From: Azolla caroliniana
Taxonomy: Eukaryota; Plantae; Polypodiophyta
Direction of reading: 5' to 3'
Length of the DNA: 64,000 nucleotides
Assembly: GCA_043228905.1 (NCBI GenBank)
Contig: JBHGNT010000128.1
Coordinates: 7,829 to 71,828, forward strand
The notes beneath the pieces were generated by a model, which made no database searches, was not told where the DNA came from, and saw only the letters and a program-made list of their open reading frames with translations. A program made the translations under genes and the position numbers. This document shows, piece after piece, positions 25,061-38,279 of the stretch (position 1 is its first letter; every line of letters begins with the position of its first letter).

Positions 25061-28000
25061 TGTCTATATTTTAGGGTAAGCAAAACCGAAATCTAGAAAC
25101 CGACCGGTAAGCAAATCCGGAAATTGGCCGGTAAGCAAAACCGGAATCCGGAAACCGACCGGTATGCAAATCCGGAATCCGGAAACCGGTAGGTAAGCAA
25201 ACCAGAACTGGTCGACAAGCAAACCGAAACGAGAATGGGAACCGGCAAGGAACCAGAACCAGTCGGCAATCAAACCGGAACCGGAACCGCCAAGCAAAAT
25301 CAGAACCGGAACCGCCAATCAAACCGGAACCGGAACCGGCAAGCAAAATCAGAACCGGAACCGGCCGGCAAGCAAAATGGAACTGGCCGGCGAGGGATTC
25401 GACGATCGAGCGGAACCGGCTACCGGACGAGGTTGGACGCGAACAGACGGAAGATTGGATCATGCAACAAACTAAAGTAAAGTGAAGAGAACTAAAGTAA
25501 AGGCCATGTGGATGCAAGCAACTAAAGTTGGAGTGCATGCAAAAAGTAAAGGTGATGTGGAAGGTGTGCAACAAAAAGGTGGAGATCATGCAACAAATTA
25601 AAGTAAAGTGAAGAAAACTAAAGTAAAGGCCATGTGGGACGCATGCAAGGGAAGGAGAGAAAAAAAGAAGAAGAATCTGTGAATCAAGGGGGCTAATCAC
25701 TCATAATTCCTAATTTCCATACGGGGGGAAGGAAGGTATCTCTCAAGAAAACCATAATTTCCATACGGAAGCGATCTCTCTAAAAATCCTAAATTCCTTA
25801 GAAAATCCATCTTACTCATAACCCTAATTTTCCATACGGAAGCTATTCAACTCATAAAACCCTAATTTCCTAATCAAAGCCATACAACTCAAAAACCCTA
25901 ATTTTCGAATTGAAGCTAAAACCCCTAATTTCCTAATCAAAGCCATACAACTCAAAAACCTAATTTTCGAATTGAAGCTAAAAACCCTAATATTCTAATT
26001 AAATCCATATCTCATTTCTTCTAATCTATTACTCTAGCCATCTCCATTAGCAAACTTTTTGTAATCCCAATCTTGGGATTAATTGTAATCTTTCTTTCTA
26101 CTTGTTAATGAAATTTGTTAATCTTTCTCATTTCGGTTAATTCTTAGTACATAAATACACGAATTTGATATCCTCTAGTCAAAGGCCTTGGGGTCTTGCC
26201 TCGACGTTTACGTATCCTCGTCGTATTTTCGTGACACCGGAATTGGAGATGGAAGATCTGACCACACCGAGCTTGGGGAAGGAGCATGAAGTAATGTTGG
26301 AGGTAGTACAATAGTTCGTTGTACTTGATCAACGCGGAACCTACCGACAATGGTTGGAATGGTTGGGCAGGCAAGTTATCGAATTGGCTAACCAAGTGGA
26401 AGCGGAACAACAAGTATGGAGAAGTGAACCCACCCCGACAAAAAGGTTATTTACGGTAACCGAGGAATTGGAGAAGGCGCGAAATCAGATTTGGATTTTA
26501 GAAGAAGAGTTGGCAAGGGCCAAGGAATTAGTGGCCATAATGGTGAATATGGGCCACAACACCATCACATAGACGGAGCCGGTAGAACCGAAAAGAACAC
26601 GGGAAGCGGCTCCGATGAAAGAAGCAGAACCAATGGCTAATACGGCACTGGAGAAAGAGCGCGAGTGGAATAAAGAAATCGAAGAGCTCAAGGAAGAATT
26701 GGTCACGCAAGTGGCACTAGTAGAGAGAGAAAAAAAGAACTACGGAAGACAGCCGAGGAAGAGAAACGGAGGACAAAAGACAGACTCTAGAAGACACAAG
26801 GCAACAATGACTGGTTGAAGGAGGAGAAAGAGAATCTGTTGCAAGAAAAAGACAAACTTTAGGGAATGGCAGAGACGGAAATTGAGCAGCTCAAGGAAGA
26901 AATCTGGCATGAGAAGGATACGGATGATTGGTTGTGTTCGCAAGTCAGTCGGCGTCTCAAACAAAAAACAGAGGATTTCGATAAGTTGTACTAGGATCAT
27001 AAGAAGTTGGAGACATACTACAACTGGAAGCAGGAAAACCTTAGAGAGGTCCGAATAGAGTTGAAGAACAAATCAGAGGCGTTGACGGAACAAGGACAAC
27101 TGATGGTGGAAACAATGACAAAGTTGTTGGAGGAAGCGGTGAAGGAAAGGATGGAACTGGTGTAGGAGCATCATTAGGTGGTCGAACGGTCAAAAATGGT
27201 GTTGGATAACGTACAACAACCTACCAAAGCCAGATTATGGAGTATGAAATGCAAGCGACGACAGCGGCAAACCTCATCAAGCAGCTGAAGAAAGAAAAGG
27301 AGGCTACAGAGGACAAACTGAAAATGGGCATCAAGAGAATCTGGTGTCGTAAAGGGATACGACCGATTGGTGCCACCACGATTCCACACTTGCCGCAACG
27401 CATCTCGACTTGGTTCGGTGACCCATCACTCCTTGGAGATCCACTTGATTCAATTCATTGGAGTTGATTTACATTCTAGACTCAAAGTTCTTTAGTATTA
27501 TTGTTCTTAGGGATTTATTTGCATTTTTTTGGAACATAGTTGTGTAGTCAAAACCATGTAATGTATTTCATGTGCACCATATAACACACATGCAAAGTTT
27601 TTCTCTACATGTGTGCCACATGGCCCACATGCTTTATATCGCGTAGATGCACAAGCTTCTCTAGGTGTGTGGCATGTGGCCTACATGTAATGACATCGAT
27701 TTAGTATAAGAGGGGAGGATTATTGTCATGGGGGGGGGGGGGGGGGGGGGGGGACAATCAAAGAGTCCTATTTTGTAAAGGGTTTTTCTCTCAAAGAAAT
27801 AGTGAATCTCTTATTTTGGCATTTCTTCTTCGTCTGCGTTTGAGGAGTAGCGTTGTGCGGTATTTTCTTGATAACTCTCAATTTTGACATCTGTTTTCAA
27901 CGTTCTATAGCTTGTTGGAAAGCTCTCTGGAAGAGCTTTCCAATATGTGTTTGTAGACTTAATTTGGTTACGTAGGTGGAACAATATAAGGGTTTTTGTC

Positions 28001-28709
28001 TTCACGGGTAGGGCTGCAAACCACTCATGACTATTGAGATACTTCCGGCTCAACTTCCTGTAGCAAAACAGTGCTCGGCCACAACCGAGGAACAGGATCG
28101 ATTCACAGAAAACGGGAAATACAACAATGCACGAAAAACAATAGAGAGAAGGGCACACTGGATGTTTTACGTGGAAAACCCTAAATGGGAAAAACCACGG
28201 GAGTGCAAGACTCCAACTATCACTATACGCGGGAATGTACAATGGCGAGCTGCAAGGCGACGACCTTGAGCTCGCTGTCCTCGCCACAGGCGGCGGTATT
28301 ACACAGAGGCGTCGACCTCTTCCTTCCTCCTTCTCTCTCACTCTCTCTCGGCTGCTCTCACTTCGCTCCCTCTTAGTGAAAACAGAAAAATGGGCAACAA
28401 CAACAAACTGTTTGCCCTAAGTCATATTTATACACATATGACTTTCGGGCTATTTACAAATATAGCCTCAAGGGCTCTTGGCAAACATATTCACAAATAT
28501 GTCCCCGCATCCGGATCTCTCTCCGGGTACATTCGTCATCCGGCTCCGTAACCGGGGTCTTCATCATCCGGATCCGTATCTGGGTACTCTTCGTCCGGCT
28601 TCATGCCGGGTACTCTTCATCATCCGGTTCCATAACCGCAACCGGGCTTGCCGTCATTCATCTCCGGACATCCCATCCGGAGGGACCGAAATCCCAACAA
28701 ACTCCCCCT

Positions 28710-30302
28710 TCACTTCGGCATGGGATGTCTCTCCAAACCGATCCTCTTCCGGCATGCTTCCAGCTTGTCGGGTGTGAGCACTTTGGTCAGCATATCTGAG
28801 CCGTTCTCGTCCGTGTGGATCTTCGTCAGCACGAACTCCTGGTCTTCTATCCTTTCCCGGATCCAGTGATATCTTCGCTGGATGTGCTTCGTCCGGGAGT
28901 GATAGGCCGCGTTCTTCGCAAGGTGGATGGCACTCTGACTGTCGCAGTAGAGTCGGTACTCCTCCTGCCGGATACCGAGCTCTCTAATGAAGTCCTTCAT
29001 CCATATCATTTCCTTGCCGGCGTCAACAGCCACCATGTACTCCGCCTCCGTGGTTGACAACGCAACCGTCTTCTGCAGCCTCGACTGCCACGAAACAGCT
29101 CCCCCTGCATACGTCATCACATACCCTGATGTGGACCGGCTGGTATCTGCATCAGCCGACATATCCGAATCGGTAAAGCCGTCGAGTTCGGGCTTATCGG
29201 AGCCGAATCGGAGGCACACGTTTGCCGTGCCCTTCAGGTATCGGAGTATCCACTTGACCGCGTTCCAGTGCTCTTTGCCGGGATTGCTCATGTACCGGCT
29301 CACCACTCCAACTGCATATCCTATGTCCGGTCTTGTACACACCATTGCGTACATCAAGCTTCCGACGGCAGAGGCATATGGTACTTTCATCATGTCCTCC
29401 TTCTCAGCCTTTGTCTTGGGGCTTTGCTTGCTGGACAACTTGCAGTTTGCCGGGAGGGTTGACCCGACCGTTCTTGCTTCCGACATGTTGAACCGGTGAA
29501 GCACCTTTGTCACGTACTTCTCCTGTGACAGCCACAACTGCTCCTTCTTCCGGTCCCGGATGATGTGCATCCCTAGTATTTGCCTCGCCGGACCCAGGTC
29601 CTTCATTGAGAAGGTTCGGTGAAGCGCTTTCTTCAGCGCCCGTATCTTGACCTGGTCCCGTCCGACGATCAACATGTCGTCCACGTACAGGAGGAGTATT
29701 AGAGAGTCTCCTCCTTCGAACTTCTTCACAAACACGCAGTGATCAGACTGCGTTTTGTGGTACCCTTTGTCGGTCATGAAGGAGTCGAACTTCCGGTACC
29801 ATTGCCGGGGAGCCTGCTTTAGTCCGTAAAGGCTCTTCTTCAACCGGCATACCAGGTGCTCCTTCCCTTTCTTCTCGAATCCTTCCGGTTGCTGCATGTA
29901 GATCTCTTCTTCGAGGTCACCGTGAAGGAATGCCGTCTTCACGTCCATCTGTTCTACCTCGAGGTCCATGCTTGCCGCTATGCTCAGCACCGTCCGGATG
30001 GAGGTCATCTTCACTACCGGGGCAAATATCTCGTCGAAATCGACGCCCTTCTTTTGCTGGAACCCCTTCACCACGATCCTGGCTTTGTATCTCGGGGGGT
30101 TTCCGGCATCTCCCGGTTTCAGCTTGAACACCCACTTGTTTCGTAGTGCCCGCTTTCCTTTTGGCAACTCCACAAGTTCATATGTGTGGTTCTCATGCAG
30201 GGAATCCATCTCGTCTTGCATGGCACTCAACCACCTGCGGCTCTGGGTGTCATGCTTTGCTTCTTCAAAGCTCTCCGGCTCCCCTTCGTCGGTTAGCAGC
30301 AC
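28710..30302 (-). CDS. Copia RT-RNase H portion of the polyprotein (separated by a frameshift)
   Basis: QMDVKTAFLHGDL, LYGLKQAPRQW, LYVDDML, DSDMS, STTEAEY, RTKHI. Confidence 0.92.
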   Translation of the reverse strand: MLLTDEGEPESFEEAKHDTQSRRWLSAMQDEMDSLHENHTYELVELPKGKRALRNKWVFKLKPGDAGNPPRYKARIVVKGFQQKKGVDFDEIFAPVVKMTSIRTVLSIAASMDLEVEQMDVKTAFLHGDLEEEIYMQQPEGFEKKGKEHLVCRLKKSLYGLKQAPRQWYRKFDSFMTDKGYHKTQSDHCVFVKKFEGGDSLILLLYVDDMLIVGRDQVKIRALKKALHRTFSMKDLGPARQILGMHIIRDRKKEQLWLSQEKYVTKVLHRFNMSEARTVGSTLPANCKLSSKQSPKTKAEKEDMMKVPYASAVGSLMYAMVCTRPDIGYAVGVVSRYMSNPGKEHWNAVKWILRYLKGTANVCLRFGSDKPELDGFTDSDMSADADTSRSTSGYVMTYAGGAVSWQSRLQKTVALSTTEAEYMVAVDAGKEMIWMKDFIRELGIRQEEYRLYCDSQSAIHLAKNAAYHSRTKHIQRRYHWIRERIEDQEFVLTKIHTDENGSDMLTKVLTPDKLEACRKRIGLERHPMPK

Positions 30303-32785
30303 GTGCTCTGGTTCCGGAAATCTCCGGGGGGCCCTTCTCTCTCTCTTAGAGGATATCTCCGTTCCAGAGCTTCGGTAACCGGCTGCTCCGTTTCCTCTTC
30401 ATCCGAATCCATTTCGGGATCGGGGCCGGTTCCGGTATCAGTTTCATCTTCCTCGGCCGGTTCTGTTTCTTCACCGTCTTCGGCCGGATCCTCGAGTGCT
30501 AACCGGTCCCTTGCCGGTCGGGACTGCTCCTCGTAGAGTTTATCCTCACCGGTCGACTTGGAGCTCTTCATCTTCTTCTCCGACTCCCAGTCGGCGAGTG
30601 TCTTGTCCTCCATGAAGATGATATCTCGACTCCTGAATATCTTCTTGTCGACCGGGTCCCATACTCGGTAGCCGAACTCGTCGTCGCCGTAACCGAGGAA
30701 TATGCATGGCCGGGTCTTTGGATCTAACTTTCCTCTCCGGTCCTTTGCCACATGCACGTATGCGAGACACCCGAACACCTTCAGATGCCCGTAGGACACT
30801 TCCTTACCGGTCCACACCTTCTGCGGCGTGTCTCCGTCCAAAGGTACTGAGGGTGATCTATTTATCACATACGTCGCCGTCGACATTGCCTCAGCCCAAA
30901 ATCCCTTGGGTAATTTCGCATGCGCCAGCATACTCCGGACCCTCTCCATTATGGTCCGGTTCATCCTCTCGGCCAGCCCGTTCAGTTCCGGCGTCTTCGG
31001 CACAGTAAACTCGAGCCGGATTCCCTTCGAGCGACAGTACTCCTGGAACTGCCCCCGGTATTCCCCTCCGTTATCCGCTCGTATCGCTTTCAGCTTCTTG
31101 CCGGATTCCCTTTCCACTCTCGCGTGGAGTTCTTTGAAGACGGACAATACTTGGTCCTTTGTCTTCAACGGTGCCGTCCACAACTTCCGGCTATGGTCAT
31201 CTATGAATGTTACGAAGTATTGGGCTCCGCCATGTGACTTCGTTTCTACCTGACACACATCAGTGTGCACCAACTCCAATGGTACACTACGTCTCGTCGG
31301 TGGCCTTGAGTGGAAGGAGGTTCGGTTCTGCTTACCGGCCAGGCAATCGGTGCACTTCTCCAGGTGCACATGCTTCACTGGAATAAGGTTGTCTTCTGCA
31401 AGCCTCTTCATCCCCTTCTCACTCATGTGGCACAGTCTCTTGTGCCACAGCTCACCGGCAGTGTCGGCTGCCACGTTCAGCTCCTCCGGACATAGCCGGG
31501 AATTCATCAGGTACAGAGTGTTGACCTTCCGGGCCCGAGCCACTATCAGGCTCCCCTTGCTGAACTTCATGACACCGTTCCGGATGCTACCCGTGTAGCC
31601 TTCATCATCTAGCCTCCCGGCCGAGATCAGGTTCAATCGGACCTCCGGAACGTGTCGAACATCCTTCAGCAGCATCTTGCATCCGGTTGATGTCATCAGC
31701 CACACGTCTCCTATGCCGGCAATCCGGCATGTACCTTCATTTCCCATCCGGACACAGCCGTGCTCACCAGCTGTGTAGGATGAGAAGTATTTCTTCTCCG
31801 GGGTCAGGTGGAACGACGCTCCGGAATCGACCACCCAGGTCATCTCTTCACCGGCAAGGTTCAGCTCCCTTTCTTCGGTAATGAGCATTATCTCTTCTTC
31901 ACTTGCCGCGAGTGCCGTCGTTCCTTTCCGACCCTGCCCTCGCCGATCCGGACCTCTCCGGTCCGTGGCTCCCCGGTATGCGCCGTTTCGCTCCGGTGAC
32001 ATCTTCGAATCGGTGTCGTCGGCTCCGTTGTCCTTTCGGTAATGCCGACAATTCTTCCGGAAGTGCCCCGGCTTCCCACAGTGGAAGCACGTGGGCCTTC
32101 CTCTTGACTGCGACCGGGTCCCCGACTTCTCCCGTCTTTGCGGACTCCGGTTCCATTGTCTTCCCCGTTCCGATTCGGTAAGCAGCGCCTTCGAGTCGGA
32201 GGCCGGTTCTTTATCTCTCCGACGCGCTTCTTCGTTCAAAATACTTGTCTTTACCGTTTGTAGGGACAAGTTATCTTCCGTGCAGGAGGTGCTGAGTGTC
32301 GCCACCAAGTTCTCCCAGCTTTCCGGCAATGTACACATCGGAATGATGGCTTGCATTGCATCCTCCAACGGGAACTTGATCGCCGCAAGCTGGTTCACGA
32401 ATCCCATGAACGTGCTTACGTGTTCCACCATACTCTCGCCGTCCCGGTACTTGAGGTTCACTATCTTTCTCATCAGGGAGGTCCGGTTCAACGCATTCTT
32501 CCTCTCGTAGAGGCCCGACAGCTTCCTCCACATCTCATATGTGTTGGTGTCGTTCGCCACGTGTTGTAGAACGCTCACGTCGACGTATTGCCGAATGGTT
32601 GCAACGGCTTTCCGGTTCAGAAGCCTCCACTCCGTCTCAAGTACCCCCTTGGGTATTTCCGACCTGTCGATCGGTTCATACAGGTCCCGAACAATGAGCA
32701 GATCCTCCATCTTTATCTTCCAGTCGGCGTAGTTCTACGCATTCAGCACCATCATCCCCGGCTGCCCGCTGCTGCCGCCTTCCAT
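30293..32785 (-). CDS. Copia gag-protease-integrase portion (ATG at 32785, premature TAG at 32737-32735)
   Basis: CFHCGKPGHFRKNC zinc knuckle, VDSGASFH, WHKRLCH...CTDC, FIDDHSR, RADNGGEY, NGLAERMNRT. Confidence 0.92.
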
Positions 32786-34237
32786 TTTCTGTGTTACCGT
32801 TGCTCTGATACCAATTTGTAGCAAAACAGTGCTCGGCCACAAACGAGGAACAGGATCGATTCACAGAAAACGGGAAATACAACAATGCACGAAAAACAAT
32901 AGAGAGAAGGGCACACTGGATGTTTTACGTGGAAAACCCTAAATGGGAAAAACCACGGGAGTGCAAGACTCCAACTATCACTATACGCGGGAATGTACAA
33001 TGGCGAGCTGCAAGGCGACGACCTTGAGCTCGCTGTCCTCGCCACAGGCGGCGGTATTACACAGAGGCGTCGACCTCTTCCTTCCTCCTTCTCTCTCACT
33101 CTCTCTCGGCTGCTCTCACTTCGCTCCCTCTTAGTGAAAACAGAAAAATGGGCAACAACAACAAACTGTTTGCCCTAAGTCATATTTATACACATATGAC
33201 TTTCGGGCTATTTACAAATATAGCCTCAAGGGCTCTTGGCAAACATATTCACAAATATGTCCCCGCATCCGGATCTCTCTCCGGGTACATTCGTCATCTG
33301 GCTCCGTAACCGGGGTCTTCATCATCCGGATCCGTATCCGGGTACTCTTCGTCCGGCTTCATGCCGGGTACTCTTCATCATCCGGTTCCGTAACCGCAAC
33401 CGGGCTTGCCGTCATTCATCTCCGGACATCCCATCCGGAGGGACCGAAATCCCAACACTTCCCACTCTTCTCTTTCATCTTCTTATTTCCACTCTCATGG
33501 TTCAAAACTCCAGCGGTTCTGCCCGGACACGCCAAGCTCTTATACGCGATGTGCTTTGACACGACATGGGATGATGGTCGGAGCATGGAGGGACCAGATG
33601 AAAATAAAGATAGACGACTGTTCAACGGATGTATGGAATCAGTGGTCAAAACAAGCGGCGGAACTTCAACTGATCCGGGCGGATGCTGAAAACGAAAAGA
33701 AAGCTGGCGACAATTTCTATAAGATGGATGAGGAAAGTATAGTCACCATCCAAGAAGAATTGTCGAATGATTTTTATGCCCTAACCGAAACACAATTAGA
33801 GGTCGTTCGGAAGCTCATCGACGGAATTGAAGATGACCAACTCCAAGTGCAACTATAGTTGGAAGGTTGTTATGAGTGGGAGCGACGACGGAAGGAAGCA
33901 GAGAAAAAAGTGGAGTAGATCAATATTAGTTATGAAGATCAACAACCGGAGACAAGGGCTTCCACACAACAACAACAACATCATCATCAACAGGTGGATG
34001 AGACGGAGACAATGCCGGGAACACAGACAGAAACGGGAGGAACAAAGTTGCAAGGGACACATCCGGATCAGCAACTGGAAACAGAGCCGGACACACACAG
34101 AGCGGAGCAGACAGCAGGAGTAGGACCGGAGCCAGAGCCAAGGGAGAAGCAACCGAAACCGAAGATGGAGCAGCAGCATCAAAGGACGGAAACAGAGAAG
34201 GAACCACTCAAACCCCATGGGTTCGACGTGCAAGGCA

Positions 34238-34881
34238 TGTTGGGATTTCGGTCCCTCCGGATGGGATGTCCGGAGATGAATGACGGCAAGCCCGGAGGCT
34301 GTTACGGAACCGTATGATGAAGAGTACCCGGCATGAAGCCGGATGAAGAGTACCCGGTTACGGAGCCGGATGCTGAAGACCCCGGTTACGGAGCCGGATG
34401 ACGTATGTACCCGGAGAGAGATCCGGATGCGGGGACATATCTGTGAATATGTTTGCCAAGTGCCCTTGAGGCTATATTTGTAAATAGCCCGAAAGTCATA
34501 TGTGTATAAATATGACTTAGGGCAAACAGTTTTGTTTGTTGTTGCTCATTTTCTGTTTTCCACTAAGAGGGAGCGAAGTGAGAGCAGCCGAGAGAGAGTG
34601 AGAGAACGAAGAGGAAGGAAGAGGTCGACGCCTCTGTGTAATACCGCCGCCTGTGGCGAGGACAGCGAGCTCAAGGTCGTCGCCTTGCAGCTCGCCATTG
34701 TACATTCCCGCGCATAGTGATAGTTGGAGTCTTGCACTCCCGTGGTTTTTCCCATTTAGGGTTTTCCACGTAAAACATCCAGTGTACCCTTCTCTCTATT
34801 GTTTTTCGTGCATTCTTGTACTTCCCGTTTTCTGTGAATCGATCCTGTTCCTCGGTGGTGGCCGAGCACTGAATTGCGACA
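34238..34881 (+). mobile_element. Solo LTR, 644 bp, same family as the 28059-33457 Copia, opposite orientation
   Basis: TG...CA ends, TSD AGGCA (34233-34237, 34882-34886), near reverse complement of 32817-33457. Confidence 0.95.
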
Positions 34882-35164
34882 AGGCATTGTCCCACAGGCG
34901 TGCCAAGTGTTGGCCCTAAGAGTATGACCCGGAGGAGAAGTGTGGACAGGGAAGAGATGGATCAAATGAATATTATGTAAAGAGTAGTAAATAATTATTA
35001 AGGAAAGGACGGATCCGGTTAGTTGTACTGATCCGAATCCACACTTATTAGTAGCCGGTATCCAGTAAGGCATCGTTTTGTAAACTCATACCAGATGCCT
35101 ATAAAAGGATCCGGATTGATGTATAAATCTTCATGTTAAACTCGTACCAGAACCTACAAATTCC

Positions 35165-35325
35165 TACATGTTATATATAATTGTTGGATGGTTCTTCACA
35201 CTAATGGAGACAAACTTCTTGGAGGATATTGTCATGAACAGTACTGAGACAGAGAAGGAATTAGTACTAAACGAAGGATTAGTACTATGAGAGGTGTGGA
35301 ACTTCTTCGAGAGAAGGAAGAAGTG

Positions 35326-35364
<39 letters not shown>

Positions 35365-35598
35365 GAGAGAGAGAGTGATGATAAGAAAGATATTTATTAT
35401 ATGAAGAGAATATACAACGGTGGCTAAAAGGCTTAAGACTGGCGTTGAACCAATTTGGTTCAACATAATGCCTAGTGCCCTCTTTTATAGTGTTTTCAGG
35501 AGTAATCCTGAAGCTTCTAGAATGTTCCAGAGAAATCTGGAATATACACTAATTTCCTATAATAAAATGTAAATGAAAATAATATCCTACGTATTACA
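35165..35598 (-). mobile_element. Probable LTR remnant with GA microsatellite
   Basis: Minus-strand TATAAAAG, then CT repeat and tagtgtgaagaaccatccaac, an LTR-like layout; no TSD established. Confidence 0.35.
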
Positions 35599-35599
35599 A

Positions 35600-35668
35600 T
35601 AGATGTTCTAATGGTCAAGAGCTCGACCCATATAACCTAAGGTCATGGGTTCGAGTCTTGCCATATCA
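35600..35668 (+). pseudogene. tRNA-derived fragment (pseudogene or SINE head)
   Basis: A-box-like TAATGGTCAAG and B-box GGTTCGAGTC at tRNA spacing; acceptor stem not intact. Confidence 0.45.
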
Positions 35669-36611
35669 TGACAGATATAGCATGATAAACACAAAGTCAT
35701 ACATTCTATTAAAAATTTCCACTCCAATTCCATCATAAATACAATTCACCAAAAAAATACTTAATCATTTTTTATGCAAACTTATTACCTCCCTAAAGTC
35801 TAAAGTGTTCATTCTAACTATTGTGATAATAAATTTGTCTACCTCTATTAATTCAACTTTGAACTTTTAATCATTGTTTACTCATATTTATTACCTCTAT
35901 AAACTCTAATGTGCCCATTTTAATTATTATAATAATCAAATTTCTACCTCTATTAATGCAACTTAAAACTTTTTAACCTTCAATCCACAAATTCATAATT
36001 GTATGCGACTCCAATTTAGTGGAGAAATTAGCTTTCTTTCCAAGGCTCTAGTGTGGAACTGCATTTAGTATAGCAATTTGAACCACTTATATAGGATCAA
36101 AATATCTATTTTGCTAATGATAAAAATTTGATTGATGATATCAAGTACCAAGCCCAAGCTCATTGACGAATGTCTCTTGTTGTTAAGACCATCAATGCGA
36201 GAAGCATATATACTGGAGATGTTTTTCAATTGCATTTGCATCTTTTGGAGAAAGCAGCTAAATTAAGTCTTGTTTTGGATGAAATCTCACCTAGAATTAG
36301 GTATCTCTAGGTGAGGAGCAATGCTTGTAGCATCAAGTGGTATCCATGTATGACATATGTCTGCTAAAAGTCCTCTACTTGAGGTAGTCATAAGTGGTGG
36401 GAACATGTCTCATCCCAGACTTACTTGTGGACTTATACATGAACTTCACCAGATTAGAGTAATGGTTATGTGATGGTGGACAAACCCCTCTCTAGATGTT
36501 AGTTTTGAAGACCAATCGAATATAGTTCTCTATGGAGGATCACAAGATAGATAATAAATTAGGATGTGTGTATCTAAAGCAAAAGTAAAGGTGCTAGACA
36601 CAGTATTATAT

Positions 36612-36650
36612 ATCCCACATATAAAGACAAGTTTGGGTGTCGCCTATAAC
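36612..36650 (+). promoter_or_regulatory. snRNA promoter of diverged U2
   Basis: ATCCCACATAT at 36612-36622, TATAAC at 36645, 22-bp gap. Confidence 0.85.
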
Positions 36651-36676
36651 AAGCAAAGCAGGGCGATGGGCAAATC

Positions 36677-36880
36677 ATACCTTTCTCGGCCTTTTGGCTA
36701 AGATCAAGTGTAGTATCTGTTCTTATCAGTTTAATATCTGATACGTGGCCTATAAGGCCACATGATATTAACCTAATTTCTTTCATGGGGGCAGCTCCTG
36801 CCCGAGACAGCTTGCTGTCTTTGGGAGCTGCGTGCGTCGCCTCAGTCTTGCACTGCCTCTGAGGTAATACAGGCGCGCCC
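36677..36880 (+). ncRNA. U2: U2 snRNA (diverged, non-array)
   Basis: Canonical U2 5' half; stems III and IV differ from the array copies. Confidence 0.96.
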
Positions 36881-37722
36881 CCCCCCTTTCAAACTATAAT
36901 TCTAAAAGAATCGTATACTGTAAGATATGGCGGGCTCTTCAATTTTAAAGGGAAAATGCAACAGACTGAATTGGCCCATGCCTCTTCGATTTCATCAATC
37001 TTAAGAAACACTAGTTTACAGGAAAGCTTCGGCTCTGTTGATCCTGATATTATATTATATTTCATTGACCACAAACCACAATCCGTAGGAACAGATAGGA
37101 AGTTAAATGGATGCGCAGCAACACCACATTATAGACAGGATCTGACGAATGTGCCACATGTAGAGCAGGATATATGCTTGGCGGCGAGAGGAAGGGCCGA
37201 CAGATTTATATACATCTGACCGACTTGGCCCATGGCTCACAGCAGAGACAAAACGTAGTTTTGCGATTATTGATCATTGTTATATATATTTACATACCTT
37301 AGAGAGGGTTTCTTAAGACAGTTTTTGATTGGATGCCTTGGACAGATTTCAACCACGTTCGGAGTTAAGTTACGGACGAAGTGAGTAGAAGACACCATGC
37401 ATCAGACAAAAGTATAGTGACTGACATATATATGGGGGAGTTAGATGAGATGGACACACAAACGTCGTTATGCATATACATACATGGAGGTGCACATGGA
37501 AAAAGGATGTTAGGATGAGAGAGGCCGACAGATACATAAAAATATTAGATCTGGCAACCTTGCCTCATACCATTTCCACCTCGTGGCTCACACGGCAAAA
37601 GTGAGAACTAGATATAATAACATAACCACCATGAGAACAATGATTTAGTGAATCATGTTCAAATCCTTGTTGATTGGATAAACTCACTGTCTGTTGAATT
37701 ATCGTGTTACATCCAATTGAGA

Positions 37723-37886
37723 AGGGAGCCGCGCGAACGCGAGCCCCCGCTGCCACAAATTATGACGTGCACTCTCCCACATTGGGGAGATGCTAGAGCA
37801 AACAGCCCCTCCGATAGTGCAATGGAGGCGCCGGCTCTAAGCCATCGGCCTTGATGATCACCGATAGACCCCGCCCAGGTAAGTAT
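37723..37886 (-). ncRNA. U1: U1 snRNA (diverged, non-array)
   Basis: Reverse complement ATACTTACCTGG..., GATCATCAAG, ATTGCAC, AATTTGTG. Confidence 0.95.
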
Positions 37887-37911
37887 GTTCCACCTTCCCT
37901 AAGCGCCTTCA

Positions 37912-37951
37912 TTTTATAGACAACTCGCTTTGTTGCCTTTGTATGTGGGAC
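37912..37951 (-). promoter_or_regulatory. snRNA promoter of inverted U1
   Basis: GTCCCACATAC at 37951-37941, TATAAAA starting 37918, 22-bp gap. Confidence 0.87.
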
Positions 37952-38279
37952 AATTCTAATCTAATCTTTCACAATGCTGTTCATTGTATTTTTATTCTCA
38001 CTATGACGATACGCACACTCCTTCCTTACTAACTAACCATCCCATTCCACCTCCTATACATATGTATATGTATGTACACAATCAATCTAGGGTGAACACT
38101 GAACCCCACTATTATTTGAGGGTGGGTGAGGTGTGTGCCTCTAACCTCGCCCCGTACTTGCTTTGCCCCTTCATGTCTCACATCTTGGACCTTGGTTCCT
38201 GTCTATATATGTATATAGAGATATCACACCTCATACACACCCAATTCAGCTCGATTTTCATTTATATACATATGTTACG

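Larger units (their letters stand above)
28059..33457 (-). mobile_element. Full-length Ty1/Copia LTR retrotransposon, recent insertion
   Basis: 641-bp LTRs (28059-28699, 32817-33457) with about 4 differences, TSD CTTCC, PBS TGGTATCAGAGC (iMet, 32813-32802), PPT AAGGGGGAG (28710-28702), gag-PR-INT-RT-RH order. Confidence 0.98.
25065..34980 (+). mobile_element. Unclassified decayed element (host of the Copia at 28059 and the solo LTR at 34238)
   Basis: CCGG-AAGCAAA microrepeats (25077-25390), ccctaattt repeats (25820-25995), stop-riddled E/K-rich coiled-coil reading frame (26350-27350), G24 run (27730-27753), second decayed Q/E/P-rich frame (33500-34237). No recognisable domain. Confidence 0.4.

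Noticed and set aside
25071-25700. 209-aa minus-strand ORF
   Set aside because: Translation of low-complexity tandem repeats.
25820-25995. Interstitial telomere repeat
   Set aside because: Dispersed AAACCCTAA-like motifs inside longer TE repeats, not tandem CCCTAAA.
30330-30350. Programmed frameshift between INT and RT
   Set aside because: Copia pol is normally a single frame here; a 2-nt GA slippage explains it.
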